Positions 42,986 to 53,271 of a stretch of 64,000 nt of DNA are shown one piece after another. Source of the DNA: Vicinamibacteria bacterium (GTDB lineage Bacteria; Acidobacteriota; Vicinamibacteria; Marinacidobacterales; Marinacidobacteraceae); contig OZ241322.1 of NCBI GenBank assembly GCA_965199715.1, positions 1,152,001 to 1,216,000 of the forward strand, in the 5' to 3' direction. Positions within the stretch are counted from its first letter, which is position 1. Each line of letters starts with the position of its first letter. A model generated the notes under the pieces. The model was not told where the DNA came from. It saw nothing but the letters and a program-made list of their open reading frames with translations, and ran no database searches. The position numbers and the translations under genes are program-made.

Positions 42986-44314
42986 ATGCGCTACGAAGAG
43001 GCGCGCCGCTACCTGCGGGAGCGGGAGCAGTTCCACGTCAAGGTCGGCCTCCGCAACATCCGCGAGCTGATCGCGGCGCTCGGGAACCCCGAGCGCGACG
43101 TCCCGGCCGTCCGGGTCGCGGGCACGAACGGCAAGGGTTCGACGGTCGCGTTCCTCGATTCGATCCTGCGCGCGTCGGGCCTCTCGGTCGGACGGTTCAC
43201 CTCGCCCCACCTCGTGCACATCGAGGAGCGCATCGTCATCGACGGCGAGCGGATTCCGCCCGAGGAGTTCGCCGAGCTGGTCGGAGTCGTCGCCGAGGCG
43301 TCCACGGACTTCCCGCCCGGACACCAGCCGTCCTTCTTCGAGACGATCACCGCGGTCGCGCTGCTCGCGTTCCGGCGGCGCCGGGTGGACGTCGGGATCT
43401 TCGAGGCCGGAATGGGCGGACGCTGGGACGCGACGGGGGTGGTGGATACGCGGGCGGCGCTCGTGACCCGGATCGCGCTCGACCACGAGCGGTTCCTCGG
43501 GAGCACGGTGGAGCGGATCGCCGGAGAGAAGGGCGCGGTCGCGGCCGCGGAGCGGCCGTTCCTCGCGGCGCGCCAGAAGACCGAAGCGCTGCGCGCGCTC
43601 GAGGCGAGCGCGGTCGAGCGCGGGGCGCGGTTCCACCCGGCGGCGCAGGAGACCGAAGGCGAGTTCCGCGTGGAGCGCACCGGTTCGAGGGGAACGCTGC
43701 GCACGCTGGCCCGCACCTACGACGATCTCGAGGTCCCGCTTCCGGGGCGGCACCAGTTGGACAACCTCGCGCTCGCGATCCGGGGCGCAGAGGCGGCGCT
43801 CGAGGAGCTGGGCCTGCCGGATCCCGATCCGGACCGGGTCCGCCGCGGGGTCGCGGCGACGGTCTGGCCGGGACGGCTGCAGTGGACGACCGGCGAACCG
43901 CGGTTCCTGCTGGACGCCGCGCACAACCCCGACGGGGCCCGGCGGCTGTCGGAGTTCCTGCTGGCGTGGCCCCGCGACCGGACCCGGGTGCTCGTGTTCG
44001 GGGCGATGCGGGACAAGAAGACGGACGCGATGCTCGCGCCGCTGCTGCCCCGCTTCGACCACGTGGTGCTGACCCGCGCGACGAGCCGGCGGGCGCTTTC
44101 GGAGGAGGAGCTGGCGAACCGGGTGGACGGCGCCGCGATCGAGACCGCTTCCGGCGTGGGGCCGGCCCTCGCCCGGGCGGCGGAGCTCGCCGGCCCCGGG
44201 GGCGAGGTCGTGGTGGCCGGGTCGATCTACCTGCTGGGCGAGGCGCTCGTCGCGCTGGACGAGGCCCGCCCGGGAATCTTCGACGCGACCGAGCTCGAAA
44301 GCCTCGCCCGCTGA
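42986..44314 (+). CDS. folC: Folylpolyglutamate/dihydrofolate synthase
   Basis: AGTNGKGS, FTSPHL, EAGMGGRWDAT, DAAHN, GSIYL. Confidence 0.96.
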   Translation: MRYEEARRYLREREQFHVKVGLRNIRELIAALGNPERDVPAVRVAGTNGKGSTVAFLDSILRASGLSVGRFTSPHLVHIEERIVIDGERIPPEEFAELVGVVAEASTDFPPGHQPSFFETITAVALLAFRRRRVDVGIFEAGMGGRWDATGVVDTRAALVTRIALDHERFLGSTVERIAGEKGAVAAAERPFLAARQKTEALRALEASAVERGARFHPAAQETEGEFRVERTGSRGTLRTLARTYDDLEVPLPGRHQLDNLALAIRGAEAALEELGLPDPDPDRVRRGVAATVWPGRLQWTTGEPRFLLDAAHNPDGARRLSEFLLAWPRDRTRVLVFGAMRDKKTDAMLAPLLPRFDHVVLTRATSRRALSEEELANRVDGAAIETASGVGPALARAAELAGPGGEVVVAGSIYLLGEALVALDEARPGIFDATELESLAR

Positions 44315-44387
44315 GGCGAGCGCCGCGACGGCGACGGGGAACGGCCGGAAGCGAGGGGGCGTTTCCGCCCCGTAGAATGCGCGCGCC

Positions 44388-46157
44388 ATGCGGCTTTCCT
44401 CTCACTTCGGGCTGACTCTGCGCGAGACGCCGGCGGGAATCGAGGCCCCGAGCCACCGCCTGCTGCTGCGCGCCGGGTTCATCCGGCAGTTGGGACAGGG
44501 ACTCTTCTCGTACCTTCCGTTCGCGCACCGGTCCATCACGCGCATCGAGAACATCTTCCGAGACGAGATGAACCGGATCGGCGGGCAGGAAATGACGATG
44601 CCGGTCGTGCATCCGGCCGAGGTCTGGCGCCGGTCGGGGCGGTACGACGCGGTGGGACCGGAGATGGCCCGCTTCCGCGACCGGAAGGACAGCGACCTCG
44701 TGCTGGCCATGACCCACGAGGAGGTCGTGGCGGACCTCTGCCGCACCGAGATCCAGTCGTGGAGGCAGCTTCCGCAGCTGGTCTATCACATCCAGACCAA
44801 GTTCCGGGACGACGCGCGGCCGCGCGCCGGGCTGATCCGGGTTCGCGAGTTCACGATGAAGGATTCGTACAGCCTCGACCGCAACGCCGAAGGGCTGGCG
44901 CGGCAATACCGGGCGCACTACGCCGCGTATTTCCGGATTTTCGGGCGCTGCGGGGTCCCGTCCATCGCCGTCGGGTCCGACACCGGGATGATGGGCGGGA
45001 AGCAGGCCCACGAGTTCATGTACCTCTCGCCGATCGGCGAGGACACGCTCGTCCTCTGCTCGGGCTGCGGGTACGCGGCGAACCGGCAGGTGGCGCGCTT
45101 CCGCAAGTCGGCCGCCGCCGCCGAGGACCCGGCGCCGGTGGAAAGGGTCGCGACTCCGGGCGCCTCGACGATCCGGGAGCTGGCCGAGTTCCTCGACGTT
45201 CCGCCGAGCCGGACCGCCAAGATGGTCTTCATGATCGGCGGACTCGACGGCGGCAGCCGGGAGGAGCTCGTGGTCGCGGTCATCCGGGGCGACCTGGAGG
45301 TCAACGAGACCAAGCTGGCCGGCGCCGCGAGCGCGGCGTGGCTCCAGCCCGCCGACGACGAGGCGATCCGCAAGGCGGGGGCGGAGCCCGGTTACGCCTC
45401 CCCGATGGGCCTCGAGTCGGGGCTCGTCGTCTGCGACGACTCGGTCGTGACCTCGCCCAACCTCGTCGCCGGAGCGAACGAGGCGGGATTCCACCTTCGG
45501 AACGTGAACGCCGGGCGCGACTACGAGCCCCGGATCGTGGCCGACATCGCGAACGCGGACGAGGGATTCCCGTGTTGCCAGTGCGGGAAGCCGCTTTCGA
45601 CCTCGCGGGGAGTGGAAGTGGGCAACATCTTCCAGCTCGGCACGAGCTACGCCGAGTCGGCCGACGCCAGCTTCCTCGACGAACAGGGGGCGGAGCGGCC
45701 GATCTGGATGGGCTCCTACGGGATCGGCTCGGGCCGGCTGCTCGCCTGCGTCGCCGAGGAGCACCACGACGACGACGGGCTCCGCTGGCCGATGAGCGTC
45801 GCGCCGTTCGACGTGCACCTGATCTCGCTCGGCGGGAAGTCGGAGGCGGACCGGGAGGCGCTGGCCGAGGCGGCGCGGATCCACGAGCGTCTGGGCGAGG
45901 CCGGCCTCGAGGTGCTCCACGACGACCGTGACGAGCGGGCCGGCGTAAAGTTCACGGATGCCGACCTCATCGGAATTCCGCTGCGGGTCGTGGTGGCCCG
46001 CCGGGCGCTCGCGCGGGGCGGAGCCGAGGTCCGGCTGCGGGGCGACCGCGCCGGCGAGACGGTGCCGCTCGACCGGCTCGCCGAAGTTCTCCGCGAGCGG
46101 CGCGGCGCGCTGCTGGACGACATCGCGTCCCGCGTGACGGTTCCGCCCTTCGGCTGA
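44388..46157 (+). CDS. proS: Proline--tRNA ligase (with editing insertion domain)
   Basis: THEE, KFRD..RPRAGL.R.REF.MKD, EVGNIFQLG, MGSYGIG. Confidence 0.97.
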   Translation: MRLSSHFGLTLRETPAGIEAPSHRLLLRAGFIRQLGQGLFSYLPFAHRSITRIENIFRDEMNRIGGQEMTMPVVHPAEVWRRSGRYDAVGPEMARFRDRKDSDLVLAMTHEEVVADLCRTEIQSWRQLPQLVYHIQTKFRDDARPRAGLIRVREFTMKDSYSLDRNAEGLARQYRAHYAAYFRIFGRCGVPSIAVGSDTGMMGGKQAHEFMYLSPIGEDTLVLCSGCGYAANRQVARFRKSAAAAEDPAPVERVATPGASTIRELAEFLDVPPSRTAKMVFMIGGLDGGSREELVVAVIRGDLEVNETKLAGAASAAWLQPADDEAIRKAGAEPGYASPMGLESGLVVCDDSVVTSPNLVAGANEAGFHLRNVNAGRDYEPRIVADIANADEGFPCCQCGKPLSTSRGVEVGNIFQLGTSYAESADASFLDEQGAERPIWMGSYGIGSGRLLACVAEEHHDDDGLRWPMSVAPFDVHLISLGGKSEADREALAEAARIHERLGEAGLEVLHDDRDERAGVKFTDADLIGIPLRVVVARRALARGGAEVRLRGDRAGETVPLDRLAEVLRERRGALLDDIASRVTVPPFG

Positions 46158-47500
46158 TGGTCCTCGCCGGGATTCTCGGCGCTCTCGGGCTCGGTCTCGC
46201 GGCCGCGTTCCTGCTCGTCCGGCGGCGGCGCCGGCGCCGGGCCCGGCTTCCGGACGTGGAGCCGGCCGAGCGGTTCATGCTGGACCCGAAGAGCGCGGCC
46301 GCCGACATCGTGGCCCAGCCGGAGGTGGAGGAGGCGCTGGCGCGCGAACCCGGCGATCCGGCGGCGGCGCTGGACCTGGCGCGCCGCCACGCCCTGGACA
46401 TCGTGCCCCGCCTCGACTCGGGCTTCTACCTGCGCATTCTGGGCGGGCGGCTCCGGAAGGCGGTCGCCGGCCTCTTCCGGGTGCGGGTCCGTTACCAGGA
46501 CGAGGCCGCGCTGCTCGAGCGGATGGCGGACTCGACGCTGGTGTTCGTCATCAACCACCGGAGCACGCTCGATTACCTCGTCGCCGCCACCGCGCTCGCC
46601 GACCGCGCCATCGTGTCCTTCGCCGCCGGCGAATGGGCGCGCTACTGGCCGTTCGAGCCGCTGTTGCGCACCGTCGGCGGCTACTTCGTCCAGCGCGGCT
46701 CGGGAAATCGCCTCTACCGGGCGGTGCTCGCCGCCCACGTCCGGCGGTCCATCGAGGAAGGAGTGCCGCAGGCGTTCTTCATCGAAGGCAATCTGAGCCT
46801 CGACGGGCGGCTCGGCGCCCCGCGCCTCGGCCTGCTCGACTACACCGTGCGCGGTTTCGGGCCCGAGCGCGCCCGCGACGTGGCCTTCGTTCCGACGGCG
46901 GTCAACTACGACCGGGTGCTGGAGGACCGGAACCTCCAGATCATGAAGTCCCGGGGGAAGCGCCCCAGCCGGGTGCGCTACCTGCAGGCGATCTTCGGGT
47001 TCTGGTTCCACCAGGCGTGGCTCGCGCTGCGGCGGCGGTGGCGCCCGTTCGGGCACGTCAACCTCACGTTCGGAAGCCCGCTCTCGCTGCGGGAGTGGAC
47101 GCGGGGGCGCGGGCTCGACCCGGCGCGCGCCGACCGCGCCGCGCGGTTTTCGGCCGTGGAGGAGCTCGCGCGGGAGCTCATGGAGCGGATCGCCGGGGTC
47201 ATGCCGGTGCTTCCAGTGCCGCTCATGGCGGCCGTGGTGACGCGCGCCGGGCCGGAAGGGGTCACTCCCGACGAGGCCCGGGAGGAGGCGTTCCGCCTCG
47301 TGGACGCGATGGGCGAGACGACCGACCTCTCGGACTTCAGCCCCTCCGACTGGACGCACGCGATCGAGTGCGGCGTGCGCTCGCTCGCGCTCCGGCGGCT
47401 GATCGTGACCGAGGGAGGCCGGATCCGGTATCGCGAGTCGGAGCGGGAGCTCGTCGCCTACTACGCGAACTCGATCATGCACTTCGCTCCGGAAGGCTGA
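46157..47500 (+). CDS. Glycerol-3-phosphate acyltransferase-like (PlsB/PlsC family)
   Basis: N-terminal TM; NHRSTLDY (HX4D), FFIEG. Confidence 0.85.
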   Translation: MVLAGILGALGLGLAAAFLLVRRRRRRRARLPDVEPAERFMLDPKSAAADIVAQPEVEEALAREPGDPAAALDLARRHALDIVPRLDSGFYLRILGGRLRKAVAGLFRVRVRYQDEAALLERMADSTLVFVINHRSTLDYLVAATALADRAIVSFAAGEWARYWPFEPLLRTVGGYFVQRGSGNRLYRAVLAAHVRRSIEEGVPQAFFIEGNLSLDGRLGAPRLGLLDYTVRGFGPERARDVAFVPTAVNYDRVLEDRNLQIMKSRGKRPSRVRYLQAIFGFWFHQAWLALRRRWRPFGHVNLTFGSPLSLREWTRGRGLDPARADRAARFSAVEELARELMERIAGVMPVLPVPLMAAVVTRAGPEGVTPDEAREEAFRLVDAMGETTDLSDFSPSDWTHAIECGVRSLALRRLIVTEGGRIRYRESERELVAYYANSIMHFAPEG

Positions 47501-47972
47501 CCTCGAACTCCACGCCGAACCGCTCCCCGTAGTCCACGACCTGCGTCGGGTTTGGATCCACGTTGAGGATCACGAAGCTCGCTCCCGGAGGCTCGAGCGG
47601 GAAGCGGTCGAGCGAGTGCCAGGTTCCGACCCGGTACGCGTAGCCGACGGCGGGATCGATGAGGAACGCGCGCACGTCCTCGGGCCGGGGAACCGCTTCG
47701 GGCCCGGTCGGCGGCGCGACCGCGACCACCGAAGGGGCGCCCCCGAGCGGCACGAAGGTCTGGGTGACGGCGAAGTGCCGCTCCAGCAGGCGGAAACGGC
47801 GCCCCTCGGCGGGCTGCCAGATCACGTCCACGGTCGGGCGCCCCTCGCAAAGGAAGTCCGCCGGGAAGAAGCGGCGCCCGTCGGCGGGACGCTCCCGGGG
47901 CTCGAGAAGCTCGCCGTAAGGAGCGAACGCGGCGGATGTCATCGGCTGGACGGGGAGGCGGCGAACGCGCAT
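47475..47972 (-). CDS. Ureidoglycolate lyase-like protein
   Basis: FAPYG, LERH...TQTFVP, G..Y..GTWH. Confidence 0.85.
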   Translation of the reverse strand: MRVRRLPVQPMTSAAFAPYGELLEPRERPADGRRFFPADFLCEGRPTVDVIWQPAEGRRFRLLERHFAVTQTFVPLGGAPSVVAVAPPTGPEAVPRPEDVRAFLIDPAVGYAYRVGTWHSLDRFPLEPPGASFVILNVDPNPTQVVDYGERFGVEFEVSLPERSA

Positions 47973-48004
47973 CGGGCAAGTATGCGCCGTAGTAGATTGA
48001 AAGC

Positions 48005-50005
48005 ATGAACCGTCGTCTTTGGGCGTGGACCGTCCTGGCGGCGCTCTCCGGCTGCGGCGGCGGCGAGGAGGACGCGCCGCTGCTGACGTCCGACTGGCCG
48101 GAGATTCAGGAGCGCGGCGTCGTGCGCTTCGCCCGCGTCGCCTTCGAGGAGTTCGAGACGCTGCCGTCGCAGGGGCTCTCGAAGGATCGCTACGAGCTTC
48201 TCGCCGAGCGGTTCGCCCGCCGCCACGGCGTGACGCCTCAGTGGGTCGTGGAGCCGAGCGTCCGGGATCTGGTGACCTCGGTCGAGGAGGGTCGGTCCGA
48301 CGTGGCGGTGGCCACGCTGACCGTCACCCGGGCGCGTCAGCAGCGGGTCGCGTTCACGGTGCCGCTCACGGTGTCGCGGGAGTGGGTGGTCGGGACCGCC
48401 GAGGGCGTGTACGGGGTCGCGCCGGGCACCGCCTACGAGGAAACGCTGGACTCGCTCTTCCCGGACGCGCCCCGCGCCGCGCTTCCGGCGGAGACCGCCT
48501 CCGACGCGATCGCCGAGCTCATCGTCGCCGGCGAGGTGGACGCGACGATCATGGACGAGGCGGCGGCCCGCATCGCGATCCGGGCCCATCCCGAGATCCG
48601 GAAGCTGGACGAACTGCCCGATCCCAAGCACATCTCGTGGGCGGTGCGTCGGGAGAACCCGCTGCTCCGGCAGGCGCTCGACGACTTCCTGATCGAGCAC
48701 CACATCGTGGCCGGCGAGCCGGCCGGCCCGAGGAACTGGGAGGAGATCCGAGCCTCGGGCACGCTGCGGATGCTGACGCTCAGCTCGCCTTCGACGTGGT
48801 ATCTCTGGCGGGGCGAACAGCTCGGCTTCGAGTACGAGCTGATGCGGCTGTTCGCCGACGAGCACGACCTCGACGTCTCGGTGCGCGTCGCCCGCGACCA
48901 CGAGGAGCTCGCGGCGGAGCTTCTGGCCGGGGGCGGAGACGTGATCGCAGCCGGCTGGGCGGAGACGCCGGCGCGCCGGGAGCGCGGGCTGCTCTTCACC
49001 GCCCCCTACCTTCAGGTCCGCGAGACGTTCGTGACCCGGGACGAGCCGATCAACATGGTGGCCGACCTCGCCGGGCGCACGGTCACGGTCCCCCCGGCGA
49101 CGAGCTACGTGGACACCCTCGCCGGCCTCGACGGCGACTTCACGGTGGAGGAACGGAACCTTCCGAGCGACCTCATCCTCGAGGAGATCGCGGCCGGGAC
49201 GGCGGACGTGACCCTGATCGACAGCCACCGGGCGCAGATCGGGAGCACGCTGGACGACCGGCTTCGCCTCGGGCTGGCGCTGGAGCCGCCCCGGAATCTC
49301 GTGTGGGCGGTCGCGCCCGGCCGGGTCGAGCTGAAGCGGGCGCTGGACTTGTTCCTCAAGCGGAGCGCCCGCAGCTACGACGCGAACGTCCTCAAGAACA
49401 AGTACTTCGTGAACCGCCGCCGGCAGGAGCGCCTGGCCCGCGACCGGATCACGGACGACCGGCTCTCCCCGTGGGACCCGATCGCCGAAGTCGCCGCCGA
49501 CGAGGAGGGCTTCGACTGGCGGCTGATCGTGGCCCAGATGTACCAGGAGAGCGGCTTCGATCCCGACCAGGTCAGTTTCGCCGGGGCCCGGGGGCTGATG
49601 CAGGTGATGCCGACGACCGCCGAGGACCTCGGGGTGGATCCCGACCGGCTCGCCGAACCGGAAGTGGGAATCGAGGCGGGAGTCCGGTATCTGGCGTGGA
49701 ACCGCACCCGGTTCCCCGACCTGCCTCCGGCGGAGCAGCTCTGGTTCGCGCTCGCGTCCTACAACGCCGGGTACGGGCACGTTCTCGACGCGAGGAGGCT
49801 GGCCCGCCGGCTGGGTCTCGACTCGGCGATCTGGTTCGACAACGTCGAGGAGGCCATGGGGCGGCTGAACGATCCCGAGTTCGCCGCCGAGGCGACCTAC
49901 GGCTACGTGCGGGGGTCGGAGGTCACGAAGTACGTGGACGAGATCCGGACCCGGTATCGGGCCTACCTCGACCACTTCCTCGTGCTCGAGTCGGTGGACG
50001 AGTAA
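48005..50005 (+). CDS. mltF: MltF-like lytic transglycosylase lipoprotein with two SBP domains
   Basis: LSGC lipobox; two family-3 SBP repeats; YQES.F, GLMQ, ASYNAG. Confidence 0.85.
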   Translation: MNRRLWAWTVLAALSGCGGGEEDAPLLTSDWPEIQERGVVRFARVAFEEFETLPSQGLSKDRYELLAERFARRHGVTPQWVVEPSVRDLVTSVEEGRSDVAVATLTVTRARQQRVAFTVPLTVSREWVVGTAEGVYGVAPGTAYEETLDSLFPDAPRAALPAETASDAIAELIVAGEVDATIMDEAAARIAIRAHPEIRKLDELPDPKHISWAVRRENPLLRQALDDFLIEHHIVAGEPAGPRNWEEIRASGTLRMLTLSSPSTWYLWRGEQLGFEYELMRLFADEHDLDVSVRVARDHEELAAELLAGGGDVIAAGWAETPARRERGLLFTAPYLQVRETFVTRDEPINMVADLAGRTVTVPPATSYVDTLAGLDGDFTVEERNLPSDLILEEIAAGTADVTLIDSHRAQIGSTLDDRLRLGLALEPPRNLVWAVAPGRVELKRALDLFLKRSARSYDANVLKNKYFVNRRRQERLARDRITDDRLSPWDPIAEVAADEEGFDWRLIVAQMYQESGFDPDQVSFAGARGLMQVMPTTAEDLGVDPDRLAEPEVGIEAGVRYLAWNRTRFPDLPPAEQLWFALASYNAGYGHVLDARRLARRLGLDSAIWFDNVEEAMGRLNDPEFAAEATYGYVRGSEVTKYVDEIRTRYRAYLDHFLVLESVDE

Positions 50006-50006
50006 C

Positions 50007-51371
50007 TCAAAACGGCCCCAGCCGGACCGCCTGCGCCGCGACGAGGCCGACGACGGCGATCGCCAGAACCGCGGCGAAGAGCGGCAGGTAGTAGCGGATC
50101 CACGGGCCCAGCCCGACCTTCCCGAGGACAAGCGTGGCCATGAAGTAGCCGGAGGTCGGGAAGATCGCGTTGGTGAGCCCGTCGCCCCACTGGGTGGCCA
50201 GAACGACGACCTGACGGGTCATCCCGGCGAGGTCCGCGACCGGGACGAGGATCGGCAGGGTGATGAGGGCCTGGCCGCTGCCCGAAGGCACGAGGAAGTT
50301 GAACAGCGTCTGGCCGAGGAGGAGGCCCACGGCGGTCAGCGCCGGCGGCAGCGAGGCGACGAGGAGCGCGACCCAGTGGACCACGGTGTCCATCACCTGC
50401 CCCTCGGTCATCACCACCGCGACCCCACGGGCGAACCCACAGACGAGCGCGCCGACCAGAAGCTCGCGGAACGCCTCGTTGAAGTCGGCGCAGATCCGGT
50501 TCACCCGGCGCCCGGCGGCGAGCGAGACGACGACCGCGAGGGCGACGAGGGCGCCGGAGATTTCCTCGAACCCGAGTCCGAGCGCGAGCACGAGCGCGAC
50601 GAACAACGCGAAGAGGACGAGCGCGAGGCCGCCCGCCAAGCGGAGCCGGAGCGGAGCCGGGGGCGCGGCTTCGAGGACTCGGGGCCGGACCCCCGACGCC
50701 CGGATCTCGGCGCGGGCGCGGCGGACGAGGAAGGCGGCGGCGACGGTCTGCACCACGAGAAAGACCGCGAAGCGGAAGCCCGCTCCCGAGTACATCGGCA
50801 GCTCGGTGAGCATGTGCCCGACTCCCACCGTCGCCGGAACCGTCACGCCGAACGCGGCGCCGAGCGTGGTGGGGAGCAGCGCGACCGCGAGGCCGGTCGT
50901 CGGGCTCGCGCCGAGCCGGGTCATGAGCGGCTGGACGATCGGGAGGTACGCGATCGACAACTCGGGCATCCCCACGACCCCGGCCACCGCGGCGAAGGCG
51001 AAGTGGAGCGCCGGAACGAGCAGCTCGACCCGCGCGCCGGTGAGGGCGACGAGCCGTCGGAGGCCGAGTTCGATCACGCCGGCGCGCACGAGGACGCCGA
51101 CGGACCCGCCCACGAGGAACACGAGGAACACCACGCTCGCGGCGTCGGCGAGTCCGTCGGGGATCGCGGTCAGGAGTTCCCACACGCCGGCGGGCGAGGA
51201 CTCGATGACCCGGTAGGAGCCGGGAACCACGGCCTCGCGCCCGTTTTCCAGCAACGCGCGGTCGTACCGCCCGGCGGGGACGATCCAGGTCAGCAGCGCC
51301 GCGATCCCGATCAGGACCGTCAGGATCGCGTAGATGTCGGGGCCCTCCCGGCCCCGCGGCTCAGTCGTCGT
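50007..51371 (-). CDS. YfcC/DcuC-family membrane transporter (no canonical start; ACG proposed)
   Basis: LTWIVPAG.YDR, PSGSGQA, Q.GDG..N...PT. Confidence 0.85.
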   Translation of the reverse strand, partial: TTTEPRGREGPDIYAILTVLIGIAALLTWIVPAGRYDRALLENGREAVVPGSYRVIESSPAGVWELLTAIPDGLADAASVVFLVFLVGGSVGVLVRAGVIELGLRRLVALTGARVELLVPALHFAFAAVAGVVGMPELSIAYLPIVQPLMTRLGASPTTGLAVALLPTTLGAAFGVTVPATVGVGHMLTELPMYSGAGFRFAVFLVVQTVAAAFLVRRARAEIRASGVRPRVLEAAPPAPLRLRLAGGLALVLFALFVALVLALGLGFEEISGALVALAVVVSLAAGRRVNRICADFNEAFRELLVGALVCGFARGVAVVMTEGQVMDTVVHWVALLVASLPPALTAVGLLLGQTLFNFLVPSGSGQALITLPILVPVADLAGMTRQVVVLATQWGDGLTNAIFPTSGYFMATLVLGKVGLGPWIRYYLPLFAAVLAIAVVGLVAAQAVRLGPF

Positions 51372-51885
51372 ACCGGACCACCGACCGAACCGGCCGGGAG
51401 CCCAGCCGCTTTCGTCCGCCGAGCGCGGCCAGCTCGACCAGGAACACGAAGCCGGCCACGGTCCCGCCGAGCCGCTCCACGAGATCCGCCGCCGCCCGAG
51501 CGGTGCCCCCGGTCGCGAGCAGGTCGTCGGTGACGAGCACCCGCTGCCCGGGCCGGATCGCGTCGGCGTGGACCTCGAGGGCGTCGGCCCCGTACTCCAG
51601 TTCGTACTCGGCCCGAACGGTGGCGGCCGGCAAGCGGCCCGGCTTCCGCAACAGCACGAACCCGGCCCCGAGTCGCACGGCGAGCCCCGGGCCAAGCACG
51701 AACCCGCGCGATTCCGCGCCCGCGACGAGGTCGACGTCGAGCCCCGAGGCGGCTTCGACGAGCCGGGCCGTCGCCGACGCGAGCCCCGCGGGATCCTTCA
51801 GAAGGGTGGTGACGTCCTTGAAGAGAACGCCGGGCCGGGGATGGTCGGGAACCTCGCGGATGAGCGATCGGAGGTCCGGGGTCAA
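51361..51885 (-). CDS. apt: Adenine phosphoribosyltransferase
   Basis: GVLFKDVT, ESRGF, RKPG.LP, YELEYG, DDLLATGGT; TTGA overlap. Confidence 0.95.
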   Translation of the reverse strand: MTPDLRSLIREVPDHPRPGVLFKDVTTLLKDPAGLASATARLVEAASGLDVDLVAGAESRGFVLGPGLAVRLGAGFVLLRKPGRLPAATVRAEYELEYGADALEVHADAIRPGQRVLVTDDLLATGGTARAAADLVERLGGTVAGFVFLVELAALGGRKRLGSRPVRSVVRYDD

Positions 51886-52568
51886 GGCGACTGGTCGGAC
51901 GTGAGCTCCCGCGCGTTGAGCGGCTGGACCGGACGGGCGTTCATCGGCGTCCCCCGCTGGAACGCCTCGATCTGCTCCCGAGAGACCGTCACCGGCTCGG
52001 TCATGACGAACCACGAGACGCCCTCGGTGTAGGGCGGGGTCGTGAGCGAACCCGGATACCGCCACGTCGTGCGCTCCTCGGGGAGCAGCGCGGCCGGGTC
52101 GAGCGTCGCGGCGACCTCGCCGGGCGGCTCCTCCATCCCGCCCCAGACGGAAGCCAGCGCCTCGTGCGCGTCGCCCTCGGCGAGGAACACGCCTACCACG
52201 GCGAGCGCGCCGTCGGCGTGCTGGTGGACGAGGTGCATCTCCATCGGGAACGCCGCGCCGGAGACCGTGTGCTCGCTCGGGTGGTGGAAGTGGAACTGCA
52301 GCAGCTCGTAGCGCCGTCCATCGACCGTGACGCCGCCCGGATTCTCGAGATCGAACCGGAACCCGTGGTCGCTCACGACCGAGACCGGCGCCGCCGCGTA
52401 GTCGAACGCCATTTCCGCGAACTCTCGGGACGCGGCGTCCGCGAGGTCGATGGGGGACTGCTCCATCATCGGCGGCGACTCGACCGGCTCCGGTTCGGGT
52501 TCCGGAGCTTCGGGCTGGCCGCAGCCGACGATCAAGGACAACGCGAGGAGGGAGAGGAGAAAGCGCAT
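51882..52568 (-). CDS. Alpha-class carbonic anhydrase lipoprotein (N-terminally trimmed)
   Basis: IVGC lipobox; QSPI, QFHFH..SEH, EMHLVH, GSLTTPP, N.RPVQPLN. Confidence 0.9.
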   Translation of the reverse strand: MRFLLSLLALSLIVGCGQPEAPEPEPEPVESPPMMEQSPIDLADAASREFAEMAFDYAAAPVSVVSDHGFRFDLENPGGVTVDGRRYELLQFHFHHPSEHTVSGAAFPMEMHLVHQHADGALAVVGVFLAEGDAHEALASVWGGMEEPPGEVAATLDPAALLPEERTTWRYPGSLTTPPYTEGVSWFVMTEPVTVSREQIEAFQRGTPMNARPVQPLNARELTSDQSP

Positions 52569-52596
52569 GACGGATCGGCGAATGAGCGTAGCAGCG

Positions 52597-53268
52597 TCAC
52601 GAGCGGCCGCGCCATAACCAGCCCGCGAATCCGACGGCGAGGAGCGCCCCCGCGATCTCCATCGCGATGAACGGAGGGACGTCGGCGGGCCGGATGCCGC
52701 AGAAAGTGTCGCTGAAGGCGCGGGCCACGCTCACCGCCGGGTTGGCGAAGGCGGTGGAGCTCGTGAACCAGATCGCCGCGCCGATGTAGAGCGCGACCGC
52801 GGTCGCCACGTCGCGCCCGACCCGCACGCAGCCGAGGATGACGACCAGCAGCCCGAAGGTGGCGAGGACTTCGGACAGCCACTGGCCGCCGCCGGTGCGG
52901 ACCGTCGAGGCGAGGTGCAGCGCCGGCAGGCCGAACATCGCGTTCGTGACCGCGACCCCGGCGATCCCGCCCACGACCTGGACCGGCGCGTAGGCGAGGG
53001 CGTCCCGGAGCGGGAACTCGCCCCGGACCGTGAACGCGAGCGTGACCGCCGGATTGATGTGGCAGCCGGACACCGGCCCGAACAGCCAGATCAGCACCAG
53101 CAGCGCCGCCGCGATGGCGAGGGCGCAGCCGACGAGCGCCACCCCGTCGTTCCCGCCGGCGAGGTTGTCCCCCATGATCCCCGAGCCGATGATCGAGGCC
53201 AGCAGGCCGGCAGTTCCGAGGAACTCGGCGGCGAGCCGGCGGGGGAGGGACGCGGTTTCGGCGGACAC
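52597..53268 (-). CDS. MIP/aquaporin family channel (AqpS-like)
   Basis: AEFLGT, SG.HINPAVT, WFTSST.FANPAV. Confidence 0.92.
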   Translation of the reverse strand: MSAETASLPRRLAAEFLGTAGLLASIIGSGIMGDNLAGGNDGVALVGCALAIAAALLVLIWLFGPVSGCHINPAVTLAFTVRGEFPLRDALAYAPVQVVGGIAGVAVTNAMFGLPALHLASTVRTGGGQWLSEVLATFGLLVVILGCVRVGRDVATAVALYIGAAIWFTSSTAFANPAVSVARAFSDTFCGIRPADVPPFIAMEIAGALLAVGFAGWLWRGRS

Positions 53269-53271
53269 CGG

